From IMG/VR virus record IMGVR_UViG_3300005531_000120, positions 1-59,409 of that record: a DNA stretch of 59,409 nt. One strand, written 5' to 3'. Positions 8,423 through 17,301 of the stretch are shown here, one piece after another. Below the pieces are notes generated by a model. The model was not told where the DNA came from. It worked only from the letters and a program-made list of their open reading frames with translations, and did not search any database. A program made the position numbers and the translations under genes. The first letter of the stretch is position 1. Every line of letters begins with the position of its first letter. This DNA is from a virus. Its lineage: Duplodnaviria; Caudoviricetes.

Positions 8423-8722
8423 ATGGGCTACGTGAGCGTGTGGGTCGATCCCGTGGACGTGATCGACGAGCTCAGCGACGCGGAGATCGCGTCGGAGCTG
8501 GCAAGGCGGCGGCGGCGGCTCTCCGGCATTCCGGAGGCCGAGGACCTCCCCAAGGATCCGCTGCTCGAGCTGATGGACCTTCTGGCCGAGGGCCGCACGG
8601 CCGCGGCCAGGTCTCTCCTCGAAACGATCCTCTGGCCGGAGCGCGCGGAGCTGCGCCAGGCGCGGTACGAGCGCGCGAAGATGGCGCGCGATCCCGCCAC
8701 CGGCCGGCCGGTGGCCCAGTGA
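8423..8722 (+). CDS. Hypothetical phage protein
   Basis: VDVIDELSDAEIASELARR; coupled to next ORF. Confidence 0.6.
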   Translation: MGYVSVWVDPVDVIDELSDAEIASELARRRRRLSGIPEAEDLPKDPLLELMDLLAEGRTAAARSLLETILWPERAELRQARYERAKMARDPATGRPVAQ

Positions 8723-9105
8723 TGATGGGGTACGACCCCGCGATCCACGAGAGGACGCCGTCGCCGGTCGCGCGCCGCTACGTCGACGACTATCTGCCGC
8801 CCAAGAAAGCCGTGCGCGTCGAGCTCGGCATCCGGCAGCGAAGGGCCGAAAGGGCGCGAGCGAAGAGGCACCGGGAGCACGCGCGCCGCGAGGCGATCGC
8901 ACAGGTCGCGCGCGACGTCGGCATCCCGCCCGACAAGCTGCTTCCCATGCTGGTCGCCACGCCCGCGGGCCGGCAGCTCCTCGAGTTGTGCGTCGACCAG
9001 CAACTCGTCATCTGGCGCTTCCAGTATCCGCGCCGCGGGGTGCCCGCGGAGGGCGATCTCGCGGCCTGTCCGAGAAGGGCCGTTCTCGGACGGGGCGCGT
9101 TATGA
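8722..9105 (+). CDS. Hypothetical phage protein
   Basis: Overlapping start/stop chain. Confidence 0.5.
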   Translation: MMGYDPAIHERTPSPVARRYVDDYLPPKKAVRVELGIRQRRAERARAKRHREHARREAIAQVARDVGIPPDKLLPMLVATPAGRQLLELCVDQQLVIWRFQYPRRGVPAEGDLAACPRRAVLGRGAL

Positions 9106-9608
9106 GGTCCTCCTCGCTCGCGCGCCGCCCTGTCTCGGCCGAGCGACCCGAGCAGCCGGCCACTCCCGCCGGTCGAGCGGCAGCCTCTACCCTGGGGGCT
9201 TTGCCCAGCGCGGGCGAGGAGGCGCTGTCCACGAAGGCCGCGGTGGCGCGGCTCTGGCGCGCTGGTTGGCGCCCGCACGAGATCAGCCGCGAGCTCGGGC
9301 TCACGGCGGGCCAGGTCGCCGGAATCGCAACGCTCCTCGAGCTGCGCGGGCCACACCATCGACCCTGGTTCAAGCCGCCGCATGCGCTCACCATCAGGAC
9401 CGGCCTTTCGACGCCGTTGCGCGCCCTCCTGAAACGCATGGCCTGGACCGGCCCGGTACGCGCGACGGAGGTGCCACATCCCGGCCGTCTTGTGAGGCTG
9501 CTGGGATTCGGACTCGTGCGCGAAGACGAGCGAGGCCTCCTCACGTTGAGCGCCGCCGGTCTCGAGACCCTCGCCGCGCTCGACGCTACGCCCGATGCCG
9601 CGGCTTAA
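9102..9608 (+). CDS. HTH-containing hypothetical protein
   Basis: VARLWRAGWRPHEISRELGLTAGQVAGI HTH. Confidence 0.55.
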   Translation: MRSSSLARRPVSAERPEQPATPAGRAAASTLGALPSAGEEALSTKAAVARLWRAGWRPHEISRELGLTAGQVAGIATLLELRGPHHRPWFKPPHALTIRTGLSTPLRALLKRMAWTGPVRATEVPHPGRLVRLLGFGLVREDERGLLTLSAAGLETLAALDATPDAAA

Positions 9609-9870
9609 GCTCACGGCCGCGCAGGTCCGCCTTATCGCCGCGCGGATGCACGCGCGCTTCTGGCGCGCCGTGCGAATCAATCGCCGCTTACCGGTGCCGC
9701 CGTTCGACTCGCTCGACCAGGCCGAGCAGCGGCACTGGTGCGTCGCGGTGCGTGAGTATCTCGGGGAGACGATCGCCGCCGGTTTCGACATCCGGCCCGC
9801 TCCCGCGCAAGCCGCGGCGGCGCGATCGCGGGATACGCCGCGCCGGGCTCGAGCACCGCCTCGCCCCTGA
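9595..9870 (+). CDS. Hypothetical phage protein
   Basis: Overlaps upstream stop; FDSLDQAEQRHW. Confidence 0.5.
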   Translation: MPRLKLTAAQVRLIAARMHARFWRAVRINRRLPVPPFDSLDQAEQRHWCVAVREYLGETIAAGFDIRPAPAQAAAARSRDTPRRARAPPRP

Positions 9871-9984
9871 AAAAGGTGAAGCGCCCCGGCGGGCAAACAC
9901 CGGAGCGCTTCGGACGTCATCAAGGCAGGCCGCAATCTGCCAGAACGGGGCGCGGCCGACAACCGAGAATCGGGGACACCAAGG

Positions 9985-10827
9985 ATGAGCCGTACGTTTC
10001 CACTGCGCGAGCTCGCGCGGATGAAGGCCGCGCATCTCAAGGTCATGCTCGCCCTCCTGGACCACGACACCTATCGCGACGGCGCCTGCTCGCCGGCGCT
10101 TCGGTGGATCGCGGCGCACGGGCAGCTCTCGCTCGCCGCCGTCCAACGCGCCGTCAAGGAAATGGCGGCGCTCGCCTACATCGCGGTCGAGCCGGGGCGG
10201 GGCCGATCATTCCGCTATCTGGTTGCGGAGCGGTTCAGGCGGATCCTTGAGCCCGTCGCGACGGACCTCTTGCCGGATCCTGGCGATCGCGCTCTGCGCG
10301 ACACCGGCGCTACCGGCGCGGCGAGGGTTGGCGTGGCGGCTCGCCGCGGCGGGGCGAGCGACCCGAGTCCCACCAGTGGGACTCAGAGTCCACCAGGTGG
10401 GACTCAGAGTCCCGCTGGTGGGACAGAGGAAGAAGGGAATCCCCCTGAGTATGTATTAACTACCGAGACTGTTGCTGCGCGCGCGCGAGAGACGCTACCG
10501 GCGGAAGCGATTCCAAATTTGGATTCGGGTTCCCTTTCGCGCTTCGCGCGCCCCGATCCCCGGGAAGCCGCAGTGCCGCCGCCGCGCGACGAGGCCCAGA
10601 AGCGCGCCGCCCGCGATCGCTGGCTCGAGCTGCTCTGCGTCTTCGTCAACACGCGCTACGGCAACGACGAGGCGAAACGCGACCGGTTCTTCGGCGCGCT
10701 CTACAAGCCGCCGAAGGAGGCGCGTCCAGTCCTCAACCAGTTCGATGACGAGATGCGCCAGAGCACCTGGTGGCGCGAGCGGCAGGCCTCGCTTGAGCTC
10801 CGGCGCGCGGGCGGAACGCGACGATGA
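9985..10827 (+). CDS. Phage replication initiator (N-terminal winged HTH, lambda O-like layout)
   Basis: CSPALRWIAAHGQLSLAAVQRAVKEM...YI HTH; internal iteron array. Confidence 0.75.
   Translation: MSRTFPLRELARMKAAHLKVMLALLDHDTYRDGACSPALRWIAAHGQLSLAAVQRAVKEMAALAYIAVEPGRGRSFRYLVAERFRRILEPVATDLLPDPGDRALRDTGATGAARVGVAARRGGASDPSPTSGTQSPPGGTQSPAGGTEEEGNPPEYVLTTETVAARARETLPAEAIPNLDSGSLSRFARPDPREAAVPPPRDEAQKRAARDRWLELLCVFVNTRYGNDEAKRDRFFGALYKPPKEARPVLNQFDDEMRQSTWWRERQASLELRRAGGTRR
10309..10347 (+). repeat. Dispersed TAC-hairpin repeat, copy b, inside the initiator CDS
   Basis: GCTAC-11nt-GGGTTGGCGTGGCGGCTCGCCGC. Confidence 0.85.
10365..10427. repeat. Three tandem 21-bp palindromic iterons (putative phage origin)
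   Basis: GAGTCCCACCAGTGGGACTCA / GAGTCCACCAGGTGGGACTCA / GAGTCCCGCTGGTGGGACAGA, followed by an AT-richer patch at about 10449..10462. Confidence 0.8.
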
Positions 10828-11057
10828 GCGCCCGGCTGTTCGTGCTCGCCGCCTACCTCAACGAGACCGAGCTCGGCCTGCGGAATCACCGGCTGCAGCG
10901 GATCCTCGAGGGGCGCGCGCGCCGCGACCAGGAGCGCCTCGAGGCCGAGCGCCGCGAGCGCCAGGCCCAAGCCGCGCGCGACGCGGCGGACCGATCGCGG
11001 CAGCTGACGCTGTCGCTCGGCACGGCAACAACGTCGGCGATGGAGGGCGCGGCATGA
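10824..11057 (+). CDS. Hypothetical coiled-coil protein
   Basis: ATGA overlaps at both ends. Confidence 0.55.
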   Translation: MSARLFVLAAYLNETELGLRNHRLQRILEGRARRDQERLEAERRERQAQAARDAADRSRQLTLSLGTATTSAMEGAA

Positions 11058-11446
11058 GCGACGATCAGGACGTCGACGTCGCGAAGCTGCCGGGCATCAA
11101 GGAAGCCGAGCTGCTCGCCCTCGGCCGCTGTGCCATCTGCCGCAAACGCCTGCTCGAGCCCGAGAGCCCGAACCTGACGTTCTACCGCATCACGATCAGC
11201 CATGCCGTTTTGGTGCCGGGGGCGCTCGATCGGCGCGTCGGCCTCTCGCTGCTAGTCGGCAATGACGCGATCGCGCGAGTCATGAGCCCCGACGAGGATC
11301 TCGCGAAGATCACATCGGGACCGGTTAGCGTGCTCGTGCACGAGAGCTGCGCCGGCGACGTCGCGCATCTCGGCATCTTCATTGAGGTCGCCGCCGAGAA
11401 GGAGAGGGCCGGCGACGCCCAGCCAGGGAGCGCACCGCATGCCTGA
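11054..11446 (+). CDS. Hypothetical Zn-binding phage protein
   Basis: CAIC...HESC; GGAGG SD. Confidence 0.65.
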   Translation: MSDDQDVDVAKLPGIKEAELLALGRCAICRKRLLEPESPNLTFYRITISHAVLVPGALDRRVGLSLLVGNDAIARVMSPDEDLAKITSGPVSVLVHESCAGDVAHLGIFIEVAAEKERAGDAQPGSAPHA

Positions 11447-11584
11447 CGGCGAGCTGAGACTTTGGGTGCCGCCTCCGGAGCGGGTTGAAAAGTCTAGCCG
11501 CCCGCTGCTGTGGGTGCTGCTCGTCGCGATCGCTGTCTGGACCACGATCGGAGTGCTGATCGCCCACTTTGTGCGGAGCTTTCC

Positions 11585-11752
11585 ATGAATGATGACGAGC
11601 TCTACGACGATCCCTACGATCACGACGACTGCCCGCTGTGCGGCGGCGCCGGCGTGCTCGAGGACGAGTGCGAATGCCAGGCCTTCGAGGACACCTGCTG
11701 CTGCCTCTATCCGCAGCCGCCGGTCTGTCCTGAATGCAAGGGAGCCGGCTGA
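11585..11752 (+). CDS. Small Cys-rich protein
   Basis: CPLCGGAG...CCC...CPECKGAG (DnaJ-type CxxCxGxG). Confidence 0.6.
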   Translation: MNDDELYDDPYDHDDCPLCGGAGVLEDECECQAFEDTCCCLYPQPPVCPECKGAG

Positions 11753-11881
11753 CCCATGAGCGGCGACGAGCAGCGCGACGAAATCAGGAGCGCGCTGTTG
11801 CCGGGTCTCGCGAGCGGCGACGCGGCGCCCATCCGGTGATGGCGAAGCAGGAAGACGGCGTGTTGCAGGAAGAGGCGGCAA

Positions 11882-12817
11882 ATGGCTGAGCAATCCGCGA
11901 TCGAGTGGACGGACGCGACTTTCAACGCGTGGGTTGGCTGTACCGAGCTCACGCGCGCCTGCGATCATTGCTATGCGCGGAGCTGGGCGAAGCGCACCGG
12001 TCATCCGGAGCTCTGGCAGGGCAAGCGCCGGCGCACCACCGAGGACTATTGGCGCCAGCCGCTCAAGTGGAACGCGAAGGCGGCCGCGGCCGGCGTGCGG
12101 ACGCGCGTCTTCTGCAATTCGCTCGGCGACTGGGCGGACGCAGAGGTGCCGCACGACTGGCGCCGCGATCTGTTCGCGCTGATCGACGAGACGCCCTATC
12201 TCGACTGGCTCCTGCTCACCAAGCGGCATGCACTCGCCGAGCGCTACCTCCCGGCGGAGCCACGCGCGAACATCCGCGTCGGCATGACAGTCGAGGACGA
12301 GGACAACGCGCGCATGCGGCTGCCGGCGCTGGCGATGCTGGGCCTCAAGGGCTGGCAGACCTTCGTCTCCTACGAGCCCGCGCTCGGGCCGGTGAATTGG
12401 TGGCCGTGGCTCGACCCCGAGGGCATCGCCGGCGGCACCCTGCACTGGCTCATCTGCGGCGGCGAGAGCGGCCGTGAGGCGCGGCCGATGCACCCGGACT
12501 GGGCCCGCGCGGCGCGCGATGCCTGCGCGCGCGCCGGCGTGCCGTTCTTCTTCAAGCAGTGGGGCGAATGGCTGCCTGGCGAGGCCAATGACGGCTGCTT
12601 CGGCCCTCACTTTTTGAATGCCTATCGGCGGTGCGACGACCATGGCTTCGCCTGGCCCCGCTACGCGGATCGGGCGGTTGAGAATTTCGGCACGGACCCG
12701 GACAAATGGTCGGGCCAAATTACCGCGCGCCGCGTCGGCAAGAAGCGCGCGGGGCGCCTGCTCGACGGCCGCGAGCACAATGAGTTTCCGGCGCCGGCGC
12801 GCGCGATCGCCGCGTGA
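11882..12817 (+). CDS. Phage Gp37/Gp68 family (DUF5131) protein
   Basis: SAIEWTDATFNAWVGC...CDHCYA; FCNSLGD; LLLTKR; GGESG; PFFFKQWGEW. Confidence 0.93.
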   Translation: MAEQSAIEWTDATFNAWVGCTELTRACDHCYARSWAKRTGHPELWQGKRRRTTEDYWRQPLKWNAKAAAAGVRTRVFCNSLGDWADAEVPHDWRRDLFALIDETPYLDWLLLTKRHALAERYLPAEPRANIRVGMTVEDEDNARMRLPALAMLGLKGWQTFVSYEPALGPVNWWPWLDPEGIAGGTLHWLICGGESGREARPMHPDWARAARDACARAGVPFFFKQWGEWLPGEANDGCFGPHFLNAYRRCDDHGFAWPRYADRAVENFGTDPDKWSGQITARRVGKKRAGRLLDGREHNEFPAPARAIAA

Positions 12818-13035
12818 TGGCCATGGCGCTCCCGGCCGAGGCCCCGCATCCGCGTGTGCCGCTCGGCAAGAAGGTGCGCTTGCGCGCCTGCGAGCACGGC
12901 CACCTGGTGCTGGCGATAGACGATGCGCGCGAGCGGGCGCTCGCCGAGGTCCACATCGAGCTGGAGGAGATCGAGCCGATCGTCGCCGGCATGGAGCGCA
13001 TCGGCAACTCGCTCAAGTCGGGGACGCGGCGGTGA
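12814..13035 (+). CDS. Hypothetical phage protein
   Basis: Overlapping start/stop chain. Confidence 0.5.
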   Translation: MMAMALPAEAPHPRVPLGKKVRLRACEHGHLVLAIDDARERALAEVHIELEEIEPIVAGMERIGNSLKSGTRR

Positions 13036-13223
13036 AGGCCCTCACCGTCTGGCAGCCCTGGGCCACGCTGATCATCGCCGGCGCGAAGCCGTTCGAGTTC
13101 CGGCGCTGGGACTATCGGACGCGCGATCGCGGGCTCGAGGGCCAGCGGATCGTGATCCACGCGGGCGCGCGCCCGATCAAGCGCGCTGAGCGCCCTCCAG
13201 CCACCGCGAAAGGAAGTCCGCGC
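13032..13223 (+). pseudogene. N-terminal half of an ASCH-domain gene, in frame with the next gene
   Basis: KALTVWQPWATLIIAGAKPFEFR...IVIHAG then no ASCH C-terminal half. Confidence 0.7.
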
Positions 13224-13466
13224 ATGAAGATGACGCTCGAGAGCACCACCAAGATCGTCGAGCTCCGCAGCCGCAACGGCGCGGTCATGCAGGCGAGGAT
13301 CTGGGAAGGGGTCACCGAGAACGGCGTCCCGGTGCACGCCTTCATTACGCGAGTCGCCTGTCACAAGGAGCTCGACAACAGCGAGCTCGTGCGCGATCTC
13401 CGCGAGCACAAGCCGGCGACGCCCGAGGTCGAGCGCGCCTACGATCTGCGGCTGTTCATCGACTGA
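13224..13466 (+). CDS. Hypothetical phage protein
   Basis: Own AAGGA SD; MKMTLESTTKIV...ARIWEGVTENGVPVHAFITRV. Confidence 0.7.
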   Translation: MKMTLESTTKIVELRSRNGAVMQARIWEGVTENGVPVHAFITRVACHKELDNSELVRDLREHKPATPEVERAYDLRLFID

Positions 13467-13750
13467 TGACCGCGCGCAAGGCCTGGCACCGCAGCGATAG
13501 CAACACGTCGGCAGCCCGCGCCGAGAACCAGGCGCGCACGGTGCCGACGCAGTACGGGATCCAGCCCGGCTTCAACGGAGCGCTCGCCGGCGGCTGTCAG
13601 TTCATCGAGGGCGAGGACTTCATCGACGTGATCCGCGCCGGCGGCGACCCGCACTGCGGCGCGCCGAGGCTCGAGGGCGAGCCCTATTGCCGCGAGCACC
13701 ACCATCGTGCCTTCGCCGGCGTGCGGCCGCCACCGGGTTATTGGCGCTAG
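13466..13750 (+). CDS. Protein with GcrA-like C-terminal Cys/His domain
   Basis: CQFIEGE...CGAP...GEPYCREH...AF resembles the GcrA C-terminal CRWP...FCG...PYC..H motif. Confidence 0.65.
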   Translation: MTARKAWHRSDSNTSAARAENQARTVPTQYGIQPGFNGALAGGCQFIEGEDFIDVIRAGGDPHCGAPRLEGEPYCREHHHRAFAGVRPPPGYWR

Positions 13751-13772
13751 GCCGGGCGAGTGGGAGCACAGG

Positions 13773-14021
13773 CTAAGCGGTGAGCTCCTTCACGATCCAC
13801 ATGATCGACTGCTCGAGCGACGTGATCGCGAGCGAGTTGTAACGGCCGGGCTTCACCTTCGTGAATAGCGCCTCGAGTTCCGTCGCCTTCGACTTGATCT
13901 CGTCGTGGAGCGCCTTCTCCTCATCGCTGAGCGCGCGGTAACGCGGGCGGAAGCGACTCACTGGGAAATCCTGCTCACTCGACTGGCGCTGATCGGTCGC
14001 GCCTTCGAACACGTGCTCCAT
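13773..14021 (-). CDS. Acb2/Tad1-like anti-defence signalling-nucleotide sponge
   Basis: YRALSDEE...K...PGR...AITSLEQSIMW..K; residue spacing matches my recollection of Acb2. Confidence 0.75.
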   Translation of the reverse strand: MEHVFEGATDQRQSSEQDFPVSRFRPRYRALSDEEKALHDEIKSKATELEALFTKVKPGRYNSLAITSLEQSIMWIVKELTA

Positions 14022-14049
14022 CGTTGGTTCCCCTTAGGTTGCTTGGCTT

Positions 14050-14274
14050 CTAAGCCGCCCGGAGCAGCTGCTCGAGCCGGCCGCGGACTCGGAGGATCTC
14101 GCCGGCGAGCTCGAGGAGAGCGCCCCGGCGGGCATTGGGCGCGAGCTCGATCGCCTCGCCCTCGATCAGCATCTGCGCCTCCTTCAAGGCGCGCTCCGCC
14201 GGCGTCTCCGCGAGGCGGAGAGCCGGCCTTCGAAGCGCCAGTTGGGGTCGGTCGGTGGTCGGGCGGTCGTGCAT
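14050..14274 (-). CDS. Hypothetical helical protein upstream of the Acb2-like gene
   Basis: Co-oriented; follows an AT-rich divergent intergenic region. Confidence 0.55.
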   Translation of the reverse strand: MHDRPTTDRPQLALRRPALRLAETPAERALKEAQMLIEGEAIELAPNARRGALLELAGEILRVRGRLEQLLRAA

Positions 14275-14466
14275 ATCCCGCCGAATATACAGCAAAAAGC
14301 GTTAACCGACTGTGGTAGTAGGACATTCTCGCCCTGACCCTCAAGGGCGCGGGGCAAGCCTTTCAACTTCTACGTACGATCGCGGATGGCGAACCACAAC
14401 GCATTCATGTAATTAAGGGTTCGGCAATAGCGGACGGGTTAGGAACGGCGCTCGGGCGCCGATCCG

Positions 14467-14859
14467 GTGCCGGGACCCTCGATGTCAAAGCCCAGGCTGG
14501 GCGTGCCCTTCCAGGTGATCTATTCCGAGCCCCTCGCGCAGGGCGAGATGCCCCAGTTTCGCGTGCATGCCCGCGCCGGGTCGCTCGACTGGCTGATGCG
14601 CAAGGGCTCGACCTACCAGGTCACCGTTTATCCACAACCACCCTCCGGGGACCTGGCGCTGGGCATCCAGGCCTGGCTCCTGCTCGAGTATCGCCGCCAC
14701 GGCGAGCGCCACCACCTGCCCGATCCCACCGGCTTCGCCATGAGCATGATCGACATGCTCGAATGCGTGCCGGCTCGGCCCGGCGACCTCGACTGGGAGG
14801 TGATCGCCGTGCCCTCGGACTGGTCCGTCGCGGTGCCGGTCGCGGCGCTCGCCACATGA
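14467..14859 (+). CDS. Hypothetical protein
   Basis: Globular composition; ATGA overlap with next gene. Confidence 0.6.
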   Translation: MPGPSMSKPRLGVPFQVIYSEPLAQGEMPQFRVHARAGSLDWLMRKGSTYQVTVYPQPPSGDLALGIQAWLLLEYRRHGERHHLPDPTGFAMSMIDMLECVPARPGDLDWEVIAVPSDWSVAVPVAALAT

Positions 14860-15203
14860 TCGACGTCGACGACCTCGCCCGCCGCGCCGCCGCGCCGCTC
14901 AAGGGCCGCGTGAAGCGCCGCGAGGTGCAGGAGGCGATCGCCGCCGCGCTCACGGTGGCCGTCAACGAGGCCGTCGACAAGGCCGCCGTCCTGCTCCGGC
15001 CCGAGCGGGTGATCGCGGCGCTCTCCATCCGCCGGCACCTCGGCACCACCACCGTGGCGCGGCTCCGGCGCGAGCTCGAGGAGATCCGCACCGAGCTCCA
15101 TGCCCTTCGGGTGATGACGCCATGCCCAGACCCTTCGACCAGCGCCGCCGGCGGCCGAGCGCGCGCGCTCTCGCCGCCGCAGCCACACTCCACCGTCCCC
15201 TGA
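14856..15203 (+). CDS. Hypothetical protein
   Basis: Coupled to upstream ORF. Confidence 0.55.
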   Translation: MIDVDDLARRAAAPLKGRVKRREVQEAIAAALTVAVNEAVDKAAVLLRPERVIAALSIRRHLGTTTVARLRRELEEIRTELHALRVMTPCPDPSTSAAGGRARALSPPQPHSTVP

Positions 15204-15266
15204 CCTGGCCAACGGGCGGCCCGCCAGCGGGCCCCGCGAGCCTGTTCTCGAGCGAGGCACCCCCGC

Positions 15267-16019
15267 GTGGGCAAGCGATCCCGAAACCGAGCCGGCCGCC
15301 CACCCAAGGCTGACGCCAAGCGCCGGCAGACCACGCGCGCCGGCCGGGCCGGCGAGCCGCAGCGGTGCGGGGAATGCGGGACCCGGCTCGACGCCCCGCC
15401 CGAGCTGCTCTGGCGGCGGCTCGCCCTTACCGGCACCGCGACGGGCATCGACATGGAGTTCCCGCCCCACGTCCTGCATGCCCAGAAGCTAATTACCCAG
15501 GAGATGCGCGACGAGGCGGAGCGCTTCGCCATGCTGGCCTGGTGGCTTTATGGCACGCCCAGCGCGTCGTGCGCCGCGATCTACGAGCGGATGGTGGCGG
15601 GCGGCATCGGCGGCGACGACTTCACGCCGCGGCGCGAGGGCGAGCTCGACGAGCGCGCCCAGGCCCGGATCAGCGCCCAGAAGGCCCGCTTCGCCCGCAT
15701 GCTCGAGGCGCTGGGCGCGATCCGGGCGGCGGCGATCGAGACGGCGGCCGTCGGCGGCACCCCCGTGATCTACCGGCCGCGCCGCTTCACGCCGATCAAG
15801 GGGACGGTCTTCGAGGCCGTGCGCAACGCCTGCCAGTTCCTGGAGATGCCGGCGATCGTGCCGAAGCTCGCCGCGGCCGAGCCGCCCTCGGTTGAGGACT
15901 GGGACGCCTTCAGGCGGCTCCTCGAGGGCCTGCGCCGCCTGGTCGCCGCCCGCGACGCCGGCGCACGCTACTGGCGGCGGCGCCGGGCGGAGATGGTGCG
16001 GCAGCTCAAGGAGGGCTGA
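15267..16019 (+). CDS. Hypothetical protein at the late-regulator position
   Basis: Basic GRP N-terminus, CxxC; last long early gene, followed by a hairpin and T-run. Confidence 0.6.
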   Translation: MGKRSRNRAGRPPKADAKRRQTTRAGRAGEPQRCGECGTRLDAPPELLWRRLALTGTATGIDMEFPPHVLHAQKLITQEMRDEAERFAMLAWWLYGTPSASCAAIYERMVAGGIGGDDFTPRREGELDERAQARISAQKARFARMLEALGAIRAAAIETAAVGGTPVIYRPRRFTPIKGTVFEAVRNACQFLEMPAIVPKLAAAEPPSVEDWDAFRRLLEGLRRLVAARDAGARYWRRRRAEMVRQLKEG

Positions 16020-16048
16020 TGCTCAATCCGCGCTATGACACGCGGCGC

Positions 16049-16085
16049 GGGGGCCAGGGCCGGAATCCCTGGCTCCCACCTTTTT
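16049..16085 (+). terminator. Putative intrinsic terminator
   Basis: GGGGCCAGGG/CCCTGGCTCC stem then CACCTTTTT. Confidence 0.45.
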
Positions 16086-16326
16086 AGACGCGGCCTTCCG
16101 GGCTGGAGCGCGAGGTACCCGACAACATGATCGGCGAACAGCGTCCAGTACCGATGATCACCCGGCGCGGGCTGCTGCGCGGACTCGGCGGCTTCATCGC
16201 GAGCGCGCCGGCGATCGTGCGCGTGAGATTAAGAGCGCAGAAACTTCTCCGCGCTACGGTGCACGTAATTTATCTCCCGGACTGCGTCCGGACCCTCGAA
16301 ATCCTCCCGAGACACGGACCATCGGT

Positions 16327-16470
16327 TTCTCCGACTGAGACAAGAGCGGTCCTGGAGATGAACGTTCTCGGACACAAATAGGGCGCGCGCCGTTCGACGC
16401 GGCGCCGCTGTCCGAGAAGAGACCTTCTCCGACACGCGCCAGTGTCAGCCTCACCAACATTCTCGGACAC
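16327..16470. repeat. Cluster of five TTCTC(C/G)GAC motifs including an inverted pair with 6-bp spacer
   Basis: Copies at 16327, 16365, 16425, 16460 and inverted at 16409..16418. Confidence 0.8.
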
Positions 16471-16664
16471 ACGCTCGATGCCCGACTTTGCCGGCACGCT
16501 TGAGGCCGCAAGGGCGATCGCTGAGCAGAAGCCGTCAATATCGTACCCGTCGGGCGTAGCTGCCGAGCATGTCCGATCGGTCGTCCGTCGGCTTATCGCC
16601 TGCCTCGAGCAGGCGCGCCCCACGAAGACCGCTTCCGCGCGTCGGCCTCCTCTGGCGAGAAGGG

Positions 16665-16966
16665 ATGATCCTTGGGGAGCGCTGGGCGCTCGAGTTCATC
16701 CCGAAGTTCGCTGGCGCCGCGCGCGCCTTCGGATACGGCGTGTTTCACGGCGGGACGCTGGTCCGAGACATCGACCTCGTGGCCGTGCCCTGGATCCAGC
16801 CGCTCCCGCACGAGACGACCGACGCCTTCGTGCGCGAGCTCCTCCATGTGCTCCCGCTGCAGCTCGGCAATCACGGTGAGACGCTCTACGGCGCTGGTAT
16901 GCGCTATGGGACCTGAACCACCGCGATCATCAGATCGATCTCAAGGTGATACGCCCGTGCGCCTGA
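16665..16966 (+). pseudogene. Conserved phage protein with apparent 1-bp frameshift near 16891
   Basis: ARAFGYGVFHGGTLVRDIDLVAVPW; the -1 frame continues RWYALWDLNHRDHQIDLKVIRPCA to a stop overlapping the next start region. Confidence 0.55.
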
Positions 16967-17301
16967 TTGATCTGGCGCCACGCTGGATCACCTTCCCGAA
17001 CGTCGCCGATGGCGTCCGCTTCTACTACGGGCTCTCATTTCTTTGCCCGCACTGCGACCACTCCGCGTGCCCGACCTGCGGCAGCGCGCGAGGCCGAAGG
17101 CTAGGAATCAACTTTTGGCCGCCGATCGATCCGGACGAGATCAACGAGCGGATGGTTCCGCTGCCGCACGACGGATTCGCGGATCGCCTGAGCGGCGACA
17201 CCTTCGAGACACTGACGATCAAACAGCGCATCACCGTTGAAGGCCACTGGCGCGGCCATATCGTTTCGGGAGCGCTGGTCGATGCGCCTGATCGAACTTG
17301 A
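16957..17301 (+). CDS. DUF6527-like protein, paralog 1
   Basis: RLIDLAPRW...FLCPHC...GDTFETLTI...HWRGHIVSG. Confidence 0.65.
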   Translation: MRLIDLAPRWITFPNVADGVRFYYGLSFLCPHCDHSACPTCGSARGRRLGINFWPPIDPDEINERMVPLPHDGFADRLSGDTFETLTIKQRITVEGHWRGHIVSGALVDAPDRT

